NCBI GenBank assembly: GCA_002352545.1
Contig: DEIO01000009.1
Coordinates: forward strand, 46,831-110,830
Direction of reading: 5' to 3'
DNA from: Patescibacteria group bacterium UBA2772
GTDB lineage: Bacteria; Patescibacteriota; Minisyncoccia; Moranbacterales; DUUL01
Length of the DNA: 64,000 nucleotides
Shown: one piece after another, positions 9,616 to 18,500 of the stretch
How the letters are laid out: each line of letters opens with the position of its first letter
How positions within the stretch are numbered: position 1 is the first letter of the stretch
Made by a program: the position numbers and the translations under genes
Notes under the pieces: generated by a model
What the model saw: the letters and a program-made list of their open reading frames with translations, nothing else
The model's database searches: none
What the model was told of the DNA's origin: nothing

Positions 9616-9798
9616 CTATTTATTATGCAGAATTGTCAAAATTCTTGCAATATCCTTTCTTGATTTTTTAATCTCGCTAGGATCTCTAAGCTGTCTTGTA
9701 TTTAAATCAAAACGAGCTTGTGTAAGCTTTGCTCGAGTATTTTTCAAAATTACTTCAAGTTCTTCTTTGCTTTTTTCTCTAATTTCCTTTGTTTTCAT
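9616..9798 (-). CDS. rpmC: 50S ribosomal protein L29
   Basis: RKDIARILTIL; position between rplP and rpsQ. Confidence 0.93.
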   Translation of the reverse strand: MKTKEIREKSKEELEVILKNTRAKLTQARFDLNTRQLRDPSEIKKSRKDIARILTILHNK

Positions 9799-9824
9799 AG
9801 TATTATGGAAAAGTTATCTATTAT

Positions 9825-10235
9825 CTACTTCTTTGTGATAAATTTAGTTCTAACACTAAGTTTATCTGAACCTAGCCTCAAAGCTCTTCTTGCAACTGAC
9901 TCTTCAATTCCATCCATTTCAAACAAAACTCTTCCTGGTTTTATCTTTGCTACGAAATATTCTGGGGAACCCTTACCCTTACCCATAGGAACTTCAGCTC
10001 CTTTTTTAGTCATGGAATGATCTGGAAAAATTCTACACCAAATTTTTCCACCTCTTTGTACGTGTCTTGTGATAGCTCTACGTGCAGCTTCAATCTCTCG
10101 TGAGTTAAGCATTCCAAAATCAAGTGTTTGAATTCCATATTTTCCAAATGAAACTTCTGCACCCTTTTGAGCCTTTCCTTTGAGCTTTCCACCTCTGTGA
10201 ACTTTTCTATGTTTTACTTTCTTAGGCATTAACAT
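9825..10235 (-). CDS. rplP: 50S ribosomal protein L16
   Basis: MLMPKKVKHRKVHRG, IEAARRA and MGKGKGSPE. Confidence 0.98.
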   Translation of the reverse strand: MLMPKKVKHRKVHRGGKLKGKAQKGAEVSFGKYGIQTLDFGMLNSREIEAARRAITRHVQRGGKIWCRIFPDHSMTKKGAEVPMGKGKGSPEYFVAKIKPGRVLFEMDGIEESVARRALRLGSDKLSVRTKFITKK

Positions 10236-10284
10236 CGGTATGTCGTAAAATCATTATAAATTAAATCTAAAATCAAACTTCTAT

Positions 10285-10965
10285 CTATCTTCTTCTTGAT
10301 CTTCGCGGTCTTCTTTGCTTATCTTGTTCTAGTTGATCTATCTTATTCAACCAAATCTTTACTCCGATCGCTCCATATGTAGTCCTTGCAGTTGCTGTTG
10401 CGTAGTCAATATTCGCTCTTAAAGTATGAAGAGGAATATTTCCTTTTGATAACCATTCTACTCTAGACATTTCAGCACCACCAAGTCTTCCAGAAAACTG
10501 AACTTTTATTCCGTTCACATTTCTATTCTGCATAACTTTATCAATCATCATCTTCATGATTCTTCTAAAAGCTATTCTCTTCTCAATTTGAAATGCAGCA
10601 TCGTTTGCTAAAAGTTGAGCATCTTCTTCGATTGAACGAACTTCGACAATATCAATCTGAATTTGCAACTTTTCTTTAAACAAAAATTTTCTTTCAAGAG
10701 TCTGTCTTAGCTCTTCTAGACCCTTACCACCTCTACCGATGATAACACCTGGTCTATTAGTTCTAATAATCATTCTAAGCTTAGCAACACTTCTTTCGAT
10801 ATCAACACTTGAAATTGCTGCGTGCTTAAAATTTGTCAAAACGTGTTCTCTAATTAACGTATCCTTTTGAAGATTCGCTTTATAGTTTTTTTTGTTGTAC
10901 CAACGAGAATTCCAGGTCTTGTTAATCCCGATTCGTAATCCTCGTGGATCTACTTTCTGTCCCAT
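10285..10965 (-). CDS. rpsC: 30S ribosomal protein S3
   Basis: MGQKVDPRGLRIG, KH motif PGVIIGRGG, PLHTLRANIDY. Confidence 0.98.
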   Translation of the reverse strand: MGQKVDPRGLRIGINKTWNSRWYNKKNYKANLQKDTLIREHVLTNFKHAAISSVDIERSVAKLRMIIRTNRPGVIIGRGGKGLEELRQTLERKFLFKEKLQIQIDIVEVRSIEEDAQLLANDAAFQIEKRIAFRRIMKMMIDKVMQNRNVNGIKVQFSGRLGGAEMSRVEWLSKGNIPLHTLRANIDYATATARTTYGAIGVKIWLNKIDQLEQDKQRRPRRSRRR

Positions 10966-10994
10966 ATTTGAAAAATTAGAAATTACAATTTAGC

Positions 10995-11462
10995 CTATTC
11001 ATCTTTCTTCTCTACCTTATTAACTTTCTTTATCTCCTTTTTTACTACCTTTGCATCCTTTTTCTCTTCTTTCTTGACTTCTTTGGTAGCTTTGGAAGAT
11101 TTAGTTTCTACTTTCTCAGCTTTTTCTTCCTTTTTCTCCTCTAGCGTAATGATTACATCACAAGTTCTTTTAAGAATTCTAGCTGCTCTTCCGTATGCTC
11201 TTGCTCTCCAACGCTTCATCGTTTTTCCTTCCTCAGCAATAATATTTTCCACAAATAAATCCTCTTTATTCAATTTGAAATTATTTGTAGCATTTGCCGT
11301 TGCGCTTTCAAGAAGTTTTTTAATATCCATTGCATCACCTCTTTTTGAATATTGCAATTGCAAAAGTGCCTGAGCAACATCAAGCCCCTTGATAACAGGA
11401 ATAATTTCCCGCACCTTTTGAGCTGATCTTCTGTATCTGTTGAGTCGTGCCTGAACTTTCAT
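10995..11462 (-). CDS. rplV: 50S ribosomal protein L22 with Lys/Glu-rich tail
   Basis: SATANATNN and KRWRARAYGRAARILKRT. Confidence 0.96.
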   Translation of the reverse strand: MKVQARLNRYRRSAQKVREIIPVIKGLDVAQALLQLQYSKRGDAMDIKKLLESATANATNNFKLNKEDLFVENIIAEEGKTMKRWRARAYGRAARILKRTCDVIITLEEKKEEKAEKVETKSSKATKEVKKEEKKDAKVVKKEIKKVNKVEKKDE

Positions 11463-11488
11463 TGCTTATATTAAATTAATCGTATTAC

Positions 11489-11812
11489 TTATTTTTTCGC
11501 CGCTTTTGCAGCATCGATCTCTTTCATTTTACGAGATTGATCAAGATCTTTCTGAATCTTACCACCATGACGAGTAAATGTTCTGGTTGGAGAAAATTCC
11601 CCTAATTTGTGACCTACCATATCTTCCACAACTCTGACTGAGATATGTATTCTTCCATTGTGTACTCCGAATGTAAATCCTACCATCTCAGGAACAATAG
11701 TTGCACTTCGTGACCAAGTTTTAATAACATTTTTTCCTCCTGGTTTCAAATCTTTGATTTTATCTAACAACCTTTCATCAACAAATGGTCCTTTTTTCAG
11801 TGAGCGAGCCAT
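11489..11812 (-). CDS. rpsS: 30S ribosomal protein S19
   Basis: [12 protein letters not shown] and [13 protein letters not shown]. Confidence 0.98.
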   Translation of the reverse strand: MARSLKKGPFVDERLLDKIKDLKPGGKNVIKTWSRSATIVPEMVGFTFGVHNGRIHISVRVVEDMVGHKLGEFSPTRTFTRHGGKIQKDLDQSRKMKEIDAAKAAKK

Positions 11813-11842
11813 AATTTATTGTAACTAATTCTTAAATCTAAA

Positions 11843-12670
11843 CTATCTTTTTCGTCTCTTGACGATATATTTATCAGAAGCTTTCTTTTTCCTTCTTGTT
11901 TTCTTTCCAAGAGCATGTTTACCCCAAGGAGATTTAGGATATTTCATACCAACACCCTGTCTTCCCTCTCCTCCACCATGTGGATGATCAACTGGATTCA
12001 TAGCAGAACCTCTGACTTTTGGTCTTTTCCCCATATGTCTAGATTTTCCTGCTTTTCCAATCTTCACACTTGCGTGTTCGAAATTACTGATTCTTCCAAT
12101 TGTTGCATAACAATCTTCACTTACCAGTCTAATTTCTCCTGATGGTAATTTCAATGTTGCTACTTCAGCATCAATCGCTTGCAAGACAACTTGTGCTCCT
12201 GCACTTCTTGCCATCTGTGCGCCCTTTCCTGATACCATCTCGACATTACAAACAGATGTTCCTGTTGGGATATTTTTTAACATCATCCTATTCCCTTCTT
12301 TGATTGGAGCTTTCTCATCCATCAAAATTTCATCTCCAGCTTTCATGTTTTGAGTCGCAACGATATACTTCTTCTCACCATCTGCGTAACAAATCAAAGC
12401 AATTCCTGCGGTTCTACTTGGATCCTTCTCAATCGCTGTAATTTTTCCTGGGATACCAGCTTTTGTTACTTTAAAATCAACTATACGATAGATTCTCCTT
12501 GCTCCTCCACCTCTGTTTCTAACAGAAATTTTTCCATGTGAACGTCCAGCGTGTTTGTTGATAGACTTTGTGAGAACCTTTTCAGGTTTCTTGTCTGTCA
12601 AATTGTCAGGTTTTAAAACTGACATATTTCGTCGACCAGCTGTATTTTTTTTATAAACTTTAACTGCCAT
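11843..12670 (-). CDS. rplB: 50S ribosomal protein L2
   Basis: RGSAMNPVDHPHGGGEG. Confidence 0.99.
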   Translation of the reverse strand: MAVKVYKKNTAGRRNMSVLKPDNLTDKKPEKVLTKSINKHAGRSHGKISVRNRGGGARRIYRIVDFKVTKAGIPGKITAIEKDPSRTAGIALICYADGEKKYIVATQNMKAGDEILMDEKAPIKEGNRMMLKNIPTGTSVCNVEMVSGKGAQMARSAGAQVVLQAIDAEVATLKLPSGEIRLVSEDCYATIGRISNFEHASVKIGKAGKSRHMGKRPKVRGSAMNPVDHPHGGGEGRQGVGMKYPKSPWGKHALGKKTRRKKKASDKYIVKRRKR

Positions 12671-12706
12671 AATCCTATTTTAATTCAATCTAAATTATTG
12701 ATAACT

Positions 12707-13135
12707 CTATTTAGCTTCTTTAAACAACTCAATGTTTTGACCCTCCTTTATAGATATAATTGCTTTTTTAAAAGCCTTTGTCTGTCCTATATGCCCTCTA
12801 AATTTCGTTCCTTTTTTCTTATAATTCATAACATTCACCTTTTCCACATCAACACCATATAAAGCTTTAATGGCCTTTGCAACTTCATTCTTTGTAGCTT
12901 TTAATGCTACTTCGAAAACATATTTGCCTTCAGCCTGTTTATTCATCGTATCCTCCGAAACTCTCGGTCTCTTTAGTGTCCTGCTTACTAACTCTGCTTG
13001 AACTGCTGTTAACTTAAGCTGTTTCTTAGACTTAACATCTTTCTTTCCAACTTTTTTAATTAGAGCTTTCTTAGCGGTTTTTTTCTCTTCCGCATTATTC
13101 TTGCCCTCCTCTTTTTGATTCCAAAATGCTGACAT
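12707..13135 (-). CDS. rplW: 50S ribosomal protein L23 with N-terminal extension
   Basis: YVFEVALKATKNEVAKAIKALYGVDVEKVN and FKKAIISI. Confidence 0.95.
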   Translation of the reverse strand: MSAFWNQKEEGKNNAEEKKTAKKALIKKVGKKDVKSKKQLKLTAVQAELVSRTLKRPRVSEDTMNKQAEGKYVFEVALKATKNEVAKAIKALYGVDVEKVNVMNYKKKGTKFRGHIGQTKAFKKAIISIKEGQNIELFKEAK

Positions 13136-13157
13136 AGTTATTATTTACCTTTCTTGA

Positions 13158-13847
13158 TTAAATAGTCCGTCTAAGTTTATTTATTCTCAACCTTCTTTTC
13201 TTCTTTTTTTCCTCAGAAACCTGTCCTAAACATCTTGACTCTAGAACCTCAATCCCTTTCTTGCTTATAACTAGAAATTTATTGTTCAAAATATTTACAA
13301 CATTTAAATTTGCAACCAAAGCATTTGTCATCTCTTCAAGATTTCTACTAGCTAAAGTAATCTCTCTTTCTTCTTCAACAAAAGCCACAACTGCCTTCTT
13401 ATTGATTCCAAGCAAGTTCATAACTGATACAAATTCTTTAGTCTTATTTTCTGACACATTTAATTCGTCAACAATAACAATTTCTCCAGCAGCTAATTTT
13501 CCAGTAAGTGCCATACAAAATGCTTGTTTAGCAACTTTCTTGTTAATCTTCTGCTTATAATTCTTCTCATTTGAAGGACCAAATGTCACACCACCTTTTC
13601 TCCAAATTGGATTCCTAACAGATCCTGTTCTTGCTCGCCCAGTACCTTTCTGCTTCCATGGTTTTCTTGTAGAACCAGCTCTATCGGAGAGTGTCTTAGT
13701 ATGTGCTGTTGACTGTCTCTTGTTGGCATTTTGCGCAACGTATACACCGTGAAGAAGTTCTTCATTTATCTTTACATCAAATACATCTTGACTCAATGTA
13801 ATGTCTCCGACCTTCTTTCCTTGTAAATTTTTTACCTCTGCTTTCAT
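13158..13847 (-). CDS. rplD: 50S ribosomal protein L4
   Basis: KPWKQKGTGRARTGS and GGVTFGP. Confidence 0.97.
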   Translation of the reverse strand: MKAEVKNLQGKKVGDITLSQDVFDVKINEELLHGVYVAQNANKRQSTAHTKTLSDRAGSTRKPWKQKGTGRARTGSVRNPIWRKGGVTFGPSNEKNYKQKINKKVAKQAFCMALTGKLAAGEIVIVDELNVSENKTKEFVSVMNLLGINKKAVVAFVEEEREITLASRNLEEMTNALVANLNVVNILNNKFLVISKKGIEVLESRCLGQVSEEKKKKRRLRINKLRRTI

Positions 13848-13866
13848 CTTAGAAAAAAATCTTAAT

Positions 13867-14451
13867 TTACTTAATTACTATCTCAACAATACCTCTGTTG
13901 TTTCCAGGAACTGAACCTTTCACAGCGATAATATTTTTATCTGTATCAATTAGCGAAATTTTCATTCCTTTAATTGTTACACTTTCTGAACCTGAACGTC
14001 CTGCCATTTTCTTTCCTTTAAAAACTCTTTCTGGAAAAGCACTACCAATTGATCCTGGAGCTCTTAAATCATGTCTATGACCATGAGATGCTGGAGAACC
14101 AGCAAAATTCCATTTTTTCACAACACCCTCTTGTCCCTTACCTTTTGAAATTCCTTGAATTTGAACTGTTTGTCCAACTCCAAATTGATCAATTCCAATT
14201 TCTTTTCCTATCTCATATTCGCCAACCTCATCCAATCTAAACTCTTTTTTAGTTACATAAGTATCTTTTTTCAACTTATCTGTTTTCTTTTGATCAAATA
14301 GACCAACCTGTACAGCGTTGTATCCGTCCCTCTTCTCAGTTCTTACTAAGGTAACAACATTTTTTTGTACTTCTAGTAAAGTTACATTGTCAGCAATAGC
14401 TTCCTTGTAAATTGTTGTCATTCCTAGTTTCCTTGCAAGTAAAAATTTCAT
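13867..14451 (-). CDS. rplC: 50S ribosomal protein L3
   Basis: DGYNAVQVG, SKGKG, PASHGH...PGSIG and KGSVPG. Confidence 0.98.
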   Translation of the reverse strand: MKFLLARKLGMTTIYKEAIADNVTLLEVQKNVVTLVRTEKRDGYNAVQVGLFDQKKTDKLKKDTYVTKKEFRLDEVGEYEIGKEIGIDQFGVGQTVQIQGISKGKGQEGVVKKWNFAGSPASHGHRHDLRAPGSIGSAFPERVFKGKKMAGRSGSESVTIKGMKISLIDTDKNIIAVKGSVPGNNRGIVEIVIK

Positions 14452-14475
14452 ATCTTGTCGTATATATAAATTAAA

Positions 14476-14544
14476 AACCGAATATTTTTATTCAAGTAGA
14501 TCCCCACGCTCAATCAGCATCCACCGGAATAAAAAAATTCGGTT
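14476..14544 (-). promoter_or_regulatory. Long structured intergenic hairpin between rpsJ and rplC; candidate ribosomal leader or attenuator
   Basis: AACCGAAU/AUUCGGUU, UUUUUAUUC/GAAUAAAAA and GGUGGAU/AUCUACU (G-U pairs on the minus strand), followed by a U-rich tract. Confidence 0.55.
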
Positions 14545-14629
14545 ATTTGCTAATCAAGTATCCCTAGGGACTTTAATTAGTTATTCTCTTTTGTATAATT
14601 GTCAATTTCTAAATGAGTCTACTAATAGA

Positions 14630-14962
14630 CTACATTTTGATTTCAATTCCAACACCCGCTGGCAAATCCATGTTTGTTAAACTCTCAATTGTGTTGTTTG
14701 AAGGTTCAACGATATCAATCATTCTCTTGTGAGTTCTGATCTCATATTGATCCCTACTGCTCTTATTAACAAATGTTGACTTGTTAACAGTAATCTTTTT
14801 AATCTCGGTTGGAAGTGGAACTGGACCAATTACTTTAGCACCTGTTCTCTGAGCGGTATCAACAATCTGTTTTGCAGACTGATCAATCACTTTGTGATCA
14901 TATGCCTTAATCTTAATTCTGATCCGTGTCTTCTCTTCTTTCTTTGTGTTGTCCTTTGCCAT
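14630..14962 (-). CDS. rpsJ: 30S ribosomal protein S10
   Basis: [29 protein letters not shown] and [10 protein letters not shown]. Confidence 0.98.
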   Translation of the reverse strand: MAKDNTKKEEKTRIRIKIKAYDHKVIDQSAKQIVDTAQRTGAKVIGPVPLPTEIKKITVNKSTFVNKSSRDQYEIRTHKRMIDIVEPSNNTIESLTNMDLPAGVGIEIKM

Positions 14963-15084
14963 GAATGTAAAACGAACAATTATTATTAAATTTTATAAAA
15001 CTCAAACCTATTAAATTAGATGTGACTTTTGACTACCATTGAATTGAGCGAAATCAAAAAAGCGCTCTATGAATAGCTCTAGCC

Positions 15085-15113
15085 ACAGTACACTATAAAA
15101 TACTTTCCGTCAA
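15085..15113 (-). promoter_or_regulatory. Putative sigma70 promoter of the S10 operon
   Basis: TTGACG (15113-15108), 17-nt spacer, TACTGT (15090-15085). Confidence 0.5.
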
Positions 15114-15120
15114 GTTTTAA

Positions 15121-15429
15121 CTATTTGACGAATTTCTTAATCTCGATTTGTGTGATCTGTTGCTTGTGCCCAATCTTCTTTAAATACCTCTTCTTAGGTT
15201 TGTGCTTGACTGTTATAACCTTTTTAGCTCTAAGTTGGTCTACTATTTCTCCTTCAACTTTAGCATCTTTCAACTCTTCGCCAATCTTCACATCTTTTTC
15301 ATCACCCATAAACAATACTTCATCAAAAATGATTTTTGCTCCATTTTCGCCTTCGATCTTTTCAACGGTGATGATGTCGCCTTCTTCGATCTTATATTGT
15401 TTTCCACCTGTTTTTATAACTGCGATCAT
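15121..15429 (-). CDS. rplU: 50S ribosomal protein L21
   Basis: MIAVIKTGGKQYKI and GHKQ. Confidence 0.96.
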   Translation of the reverse strand: MIAVIKTGGKQYKIEEGDIITVEKIEGENGAKIIFDEVLFMGDEKDVKIGEELKDAKVEGEIVDQLRAKKVITVKHKPKKRYLKKIGHKQQITQIEIKKFVK

Positions 15430-15565
15430 TTGCATCAAAACAAAAAATTAAACTTATCATTAGCTAATTTCAAAACAAAACTAGCCCCTTTGGGAAACTT
15501 TGTCCATACTAACAAGGAAATTTAGATTAGTCAACTTTAAGCTATAATTGAGAATTAATCGCAGC

Positions 15566-18500
15566 TTACTCAAATCTTATTACCCCACCATTATAGACAT
15601 TTTTCACTTGCTCCTTATTTAGAGCGTAGTTAAATATTTGCACATCATCAATAACACCTTTAAAATATCTATCCTTAGTGGAATCTTCATCCCAACCTAA
15701 ACAAATTGGATCATTGTCTATTGGTAATGTAGCGGAATAAGCCTTAGTACCAAGCAGTTTTCCATCAGCATAAATCTTAATAAATGAACTATCATAAGTT
15801 GCTATTAGATGAACCCACTGACCAACTCTGTCAGCATAATCATAATCAACAGTTAATCTTTCAATACCATTATTCAATACAAATTCAAGTTGACCATCTC
15901 CAGAATCCCAATAAAAACCATAGGCCTGACTATCATACTGTCCTTTTGTTAACACAGTTCTAAGATATGCATCGAACCCACTAACAGTTGCGGGTTTTAC
16001 CCAAACAGATATTGATATATTACTATCAATATCGAAAACGGAGTTAGTTGTATCTGGAATTTTTACATAATCATTAACAAAGTCAAAATCTAGAGCTTTC
16101 CCGAATTTTCCATTTGTCCAATCTACATCCTCATCCATATTCATCATCGTACCATCATTTCCATTCCCACTCTCATCATGAACGACTATGCCATTCCCCT
16201 CATCCATTTTCCAATGTGCGAATGGTTTACCTTTATTATAATCCCAAGCAATTTGGGATGGAGTGCGAGTGTAATTATAAATTAGAACATTATCTATTTT
16301 ACCATCAAAAAACTCTCCTCCATTGCTTCCAATAAGAGCGTTGGAATTATTAGAAACAATTGGAACAGTATATGTATTAGTAGCATTCAAAATTCCATTA
16401 ATATATAAATTTGCATTTATCCCATCATATATTCCTACAATGTGATACCATTCATTATCTTGCAAAACACTACTGGTAACAAAATTATTCTTAATTCTTG
16501 TGTAAAATTCAACTCTATCATTAGTATTTATTCTCATCCCATAACCCTGATTATCCCACCAACCAGAAGTTTTCCAAATAATCCACCCTCTGTTCATACC
16601 AGAGACAATAGGTTTAATCCAAGCTTCTAATGTTATGTTATTCCCAGTAATATCCAAACTGGAATCATTTCCGATATTAATATAATCATCCGTTCCATCA
16701 AACTCAAGTGCACTTCCATACTTTCCTCTCACCCAATCAGTATTGGAATCCATTCTAGTTAATGTTCCATCATTTCCATTTCCACTTTTATCATATGCGG
16801 TTGTACCAGACTTTTCATCAAAATCTAACTCTAGAACTGGTGCGTCACAAGTATCCGTATCTCCTGGTACGCAATATTTTGTTAATGCTCCTGTCACTGT
16901 GGTACCGTTATTATTAGCAGTAGTATTTTCTCCACCAAGCGACATCGCTTTCCCGCCATTATATTCATATTTGATTTTATCCTCAGAAATTACATAGTTC
17001 CAGATTTTAATCTCATCCATTAATCCATTGTAATTCCATAGCCCACCTGAGCTTGTATCTCCAATAACAAAATCATACGCTACATCTGAATCCCTCGTCC
17101 CGGCTGCATCAGATTTAGTGCCATAAGAGGTCTCTATTCCATTTTTGTAAATATGAACTCCATCAGCGCTACCCGTGCCATCTGTAGTAAGCGTATAATA
17201 ATTCCAAGTATCTCTTTCTAAGAATCCTCCTTCTGTTACTATTGATAAATTCGAAGTATCATAATGCCTTATAAACATCAAAACACCACTATTCGAAGAA
17301 CCATCAGTAATTAATTGCCATCCATGACCCCCTGAATAAAAAACGCCCTTGGCAAAAAAAGCAGTAGAGTAGTAATTGCCAGCTAAGTTCGCCCAGAAAG
17401 AAAGCGAGAATGCATCTAGATTCTCAAGCGCAGCTGAATTTGGTGTTATGATTTTATCATCTGTTCCATCAAGCTCTATCATTCCACCAATCTTTCCACC
17501 CTTTTTCCACATTGAAGCGACTGTAGTATTTGTTCCACCAGTACTTGGTGTTAACACTCCATCATTACCGTGCGTACTTTCATCGTATGCCACCCCTCCT
17601 TGCCCTTCATCAAACGACAAATGCAAAATTGGTGACTTACCGGCAGGGTTACCAGTACTCATGTCTTCTAATATTTGTTTTTGTGTACGAGCGTAGTTGT
17701 AAATTTTTACATCGTCTAATTTTCCATCAAAATCTTCTGTTCTTTGAACTGCGGTTCCAATCATAATCCCTACTTCATCTTCATACTCAATATTTCCTGT
17801 TTGAGCCCAACTACCTACTGATACTCCATCACGATATAACATCTCCGTTTCTCCGTCATAAGTATATGAAAGAAAATACCATTTATTCATATCCCAGGTT
17901 GTAGAAACACTCCTTTCTACACCTCCAGGAATCATATTTCTAATTTTATAATTTTGAGAGTTTTGATTATCCACTTTCCAATATGAACTATCTGTCATAT
18001 TCACATCCCCATCCCAACCAGACATTATACTGTGCTCATCGCTAGCAGTCTCTAGATATATCCAGGATTCCAATGTTATTCCAGCAGCTTTACTGAAATT
18101 TAAAGAAGAATCTTTTGGGGTTTCAATATAATCTATTGTATTATCTTGGAAATGAAGTCCATTTCCGTATTTTCCTCTTGTCCAAGTTGGTGAGTTGTGA
18201 AAAGTCGCATTGTTTTCATATCCACTCTTATCATATGCAACAGTTCCTTCTTTTTCATCTAGCTTTAGATCGAGAACTGGACCTGGGGCGTATTCGTAGA
18301 GTTTTTTAACTTCGTTTGGAGAAAGTGCTCGATTGTAAACGCGGACTTCGTCAATTTGTCCATTGAAATTATTAAATTGATCAATTTTACCGATATAATT
18401 AGTTCCTGAAGTATCCAAGATACTACTAATTGAAGAATCGGAGCCACTCAAAACCCCATCTACATATAATTTGTGAATTTCACCATCATATGTATTCGAA

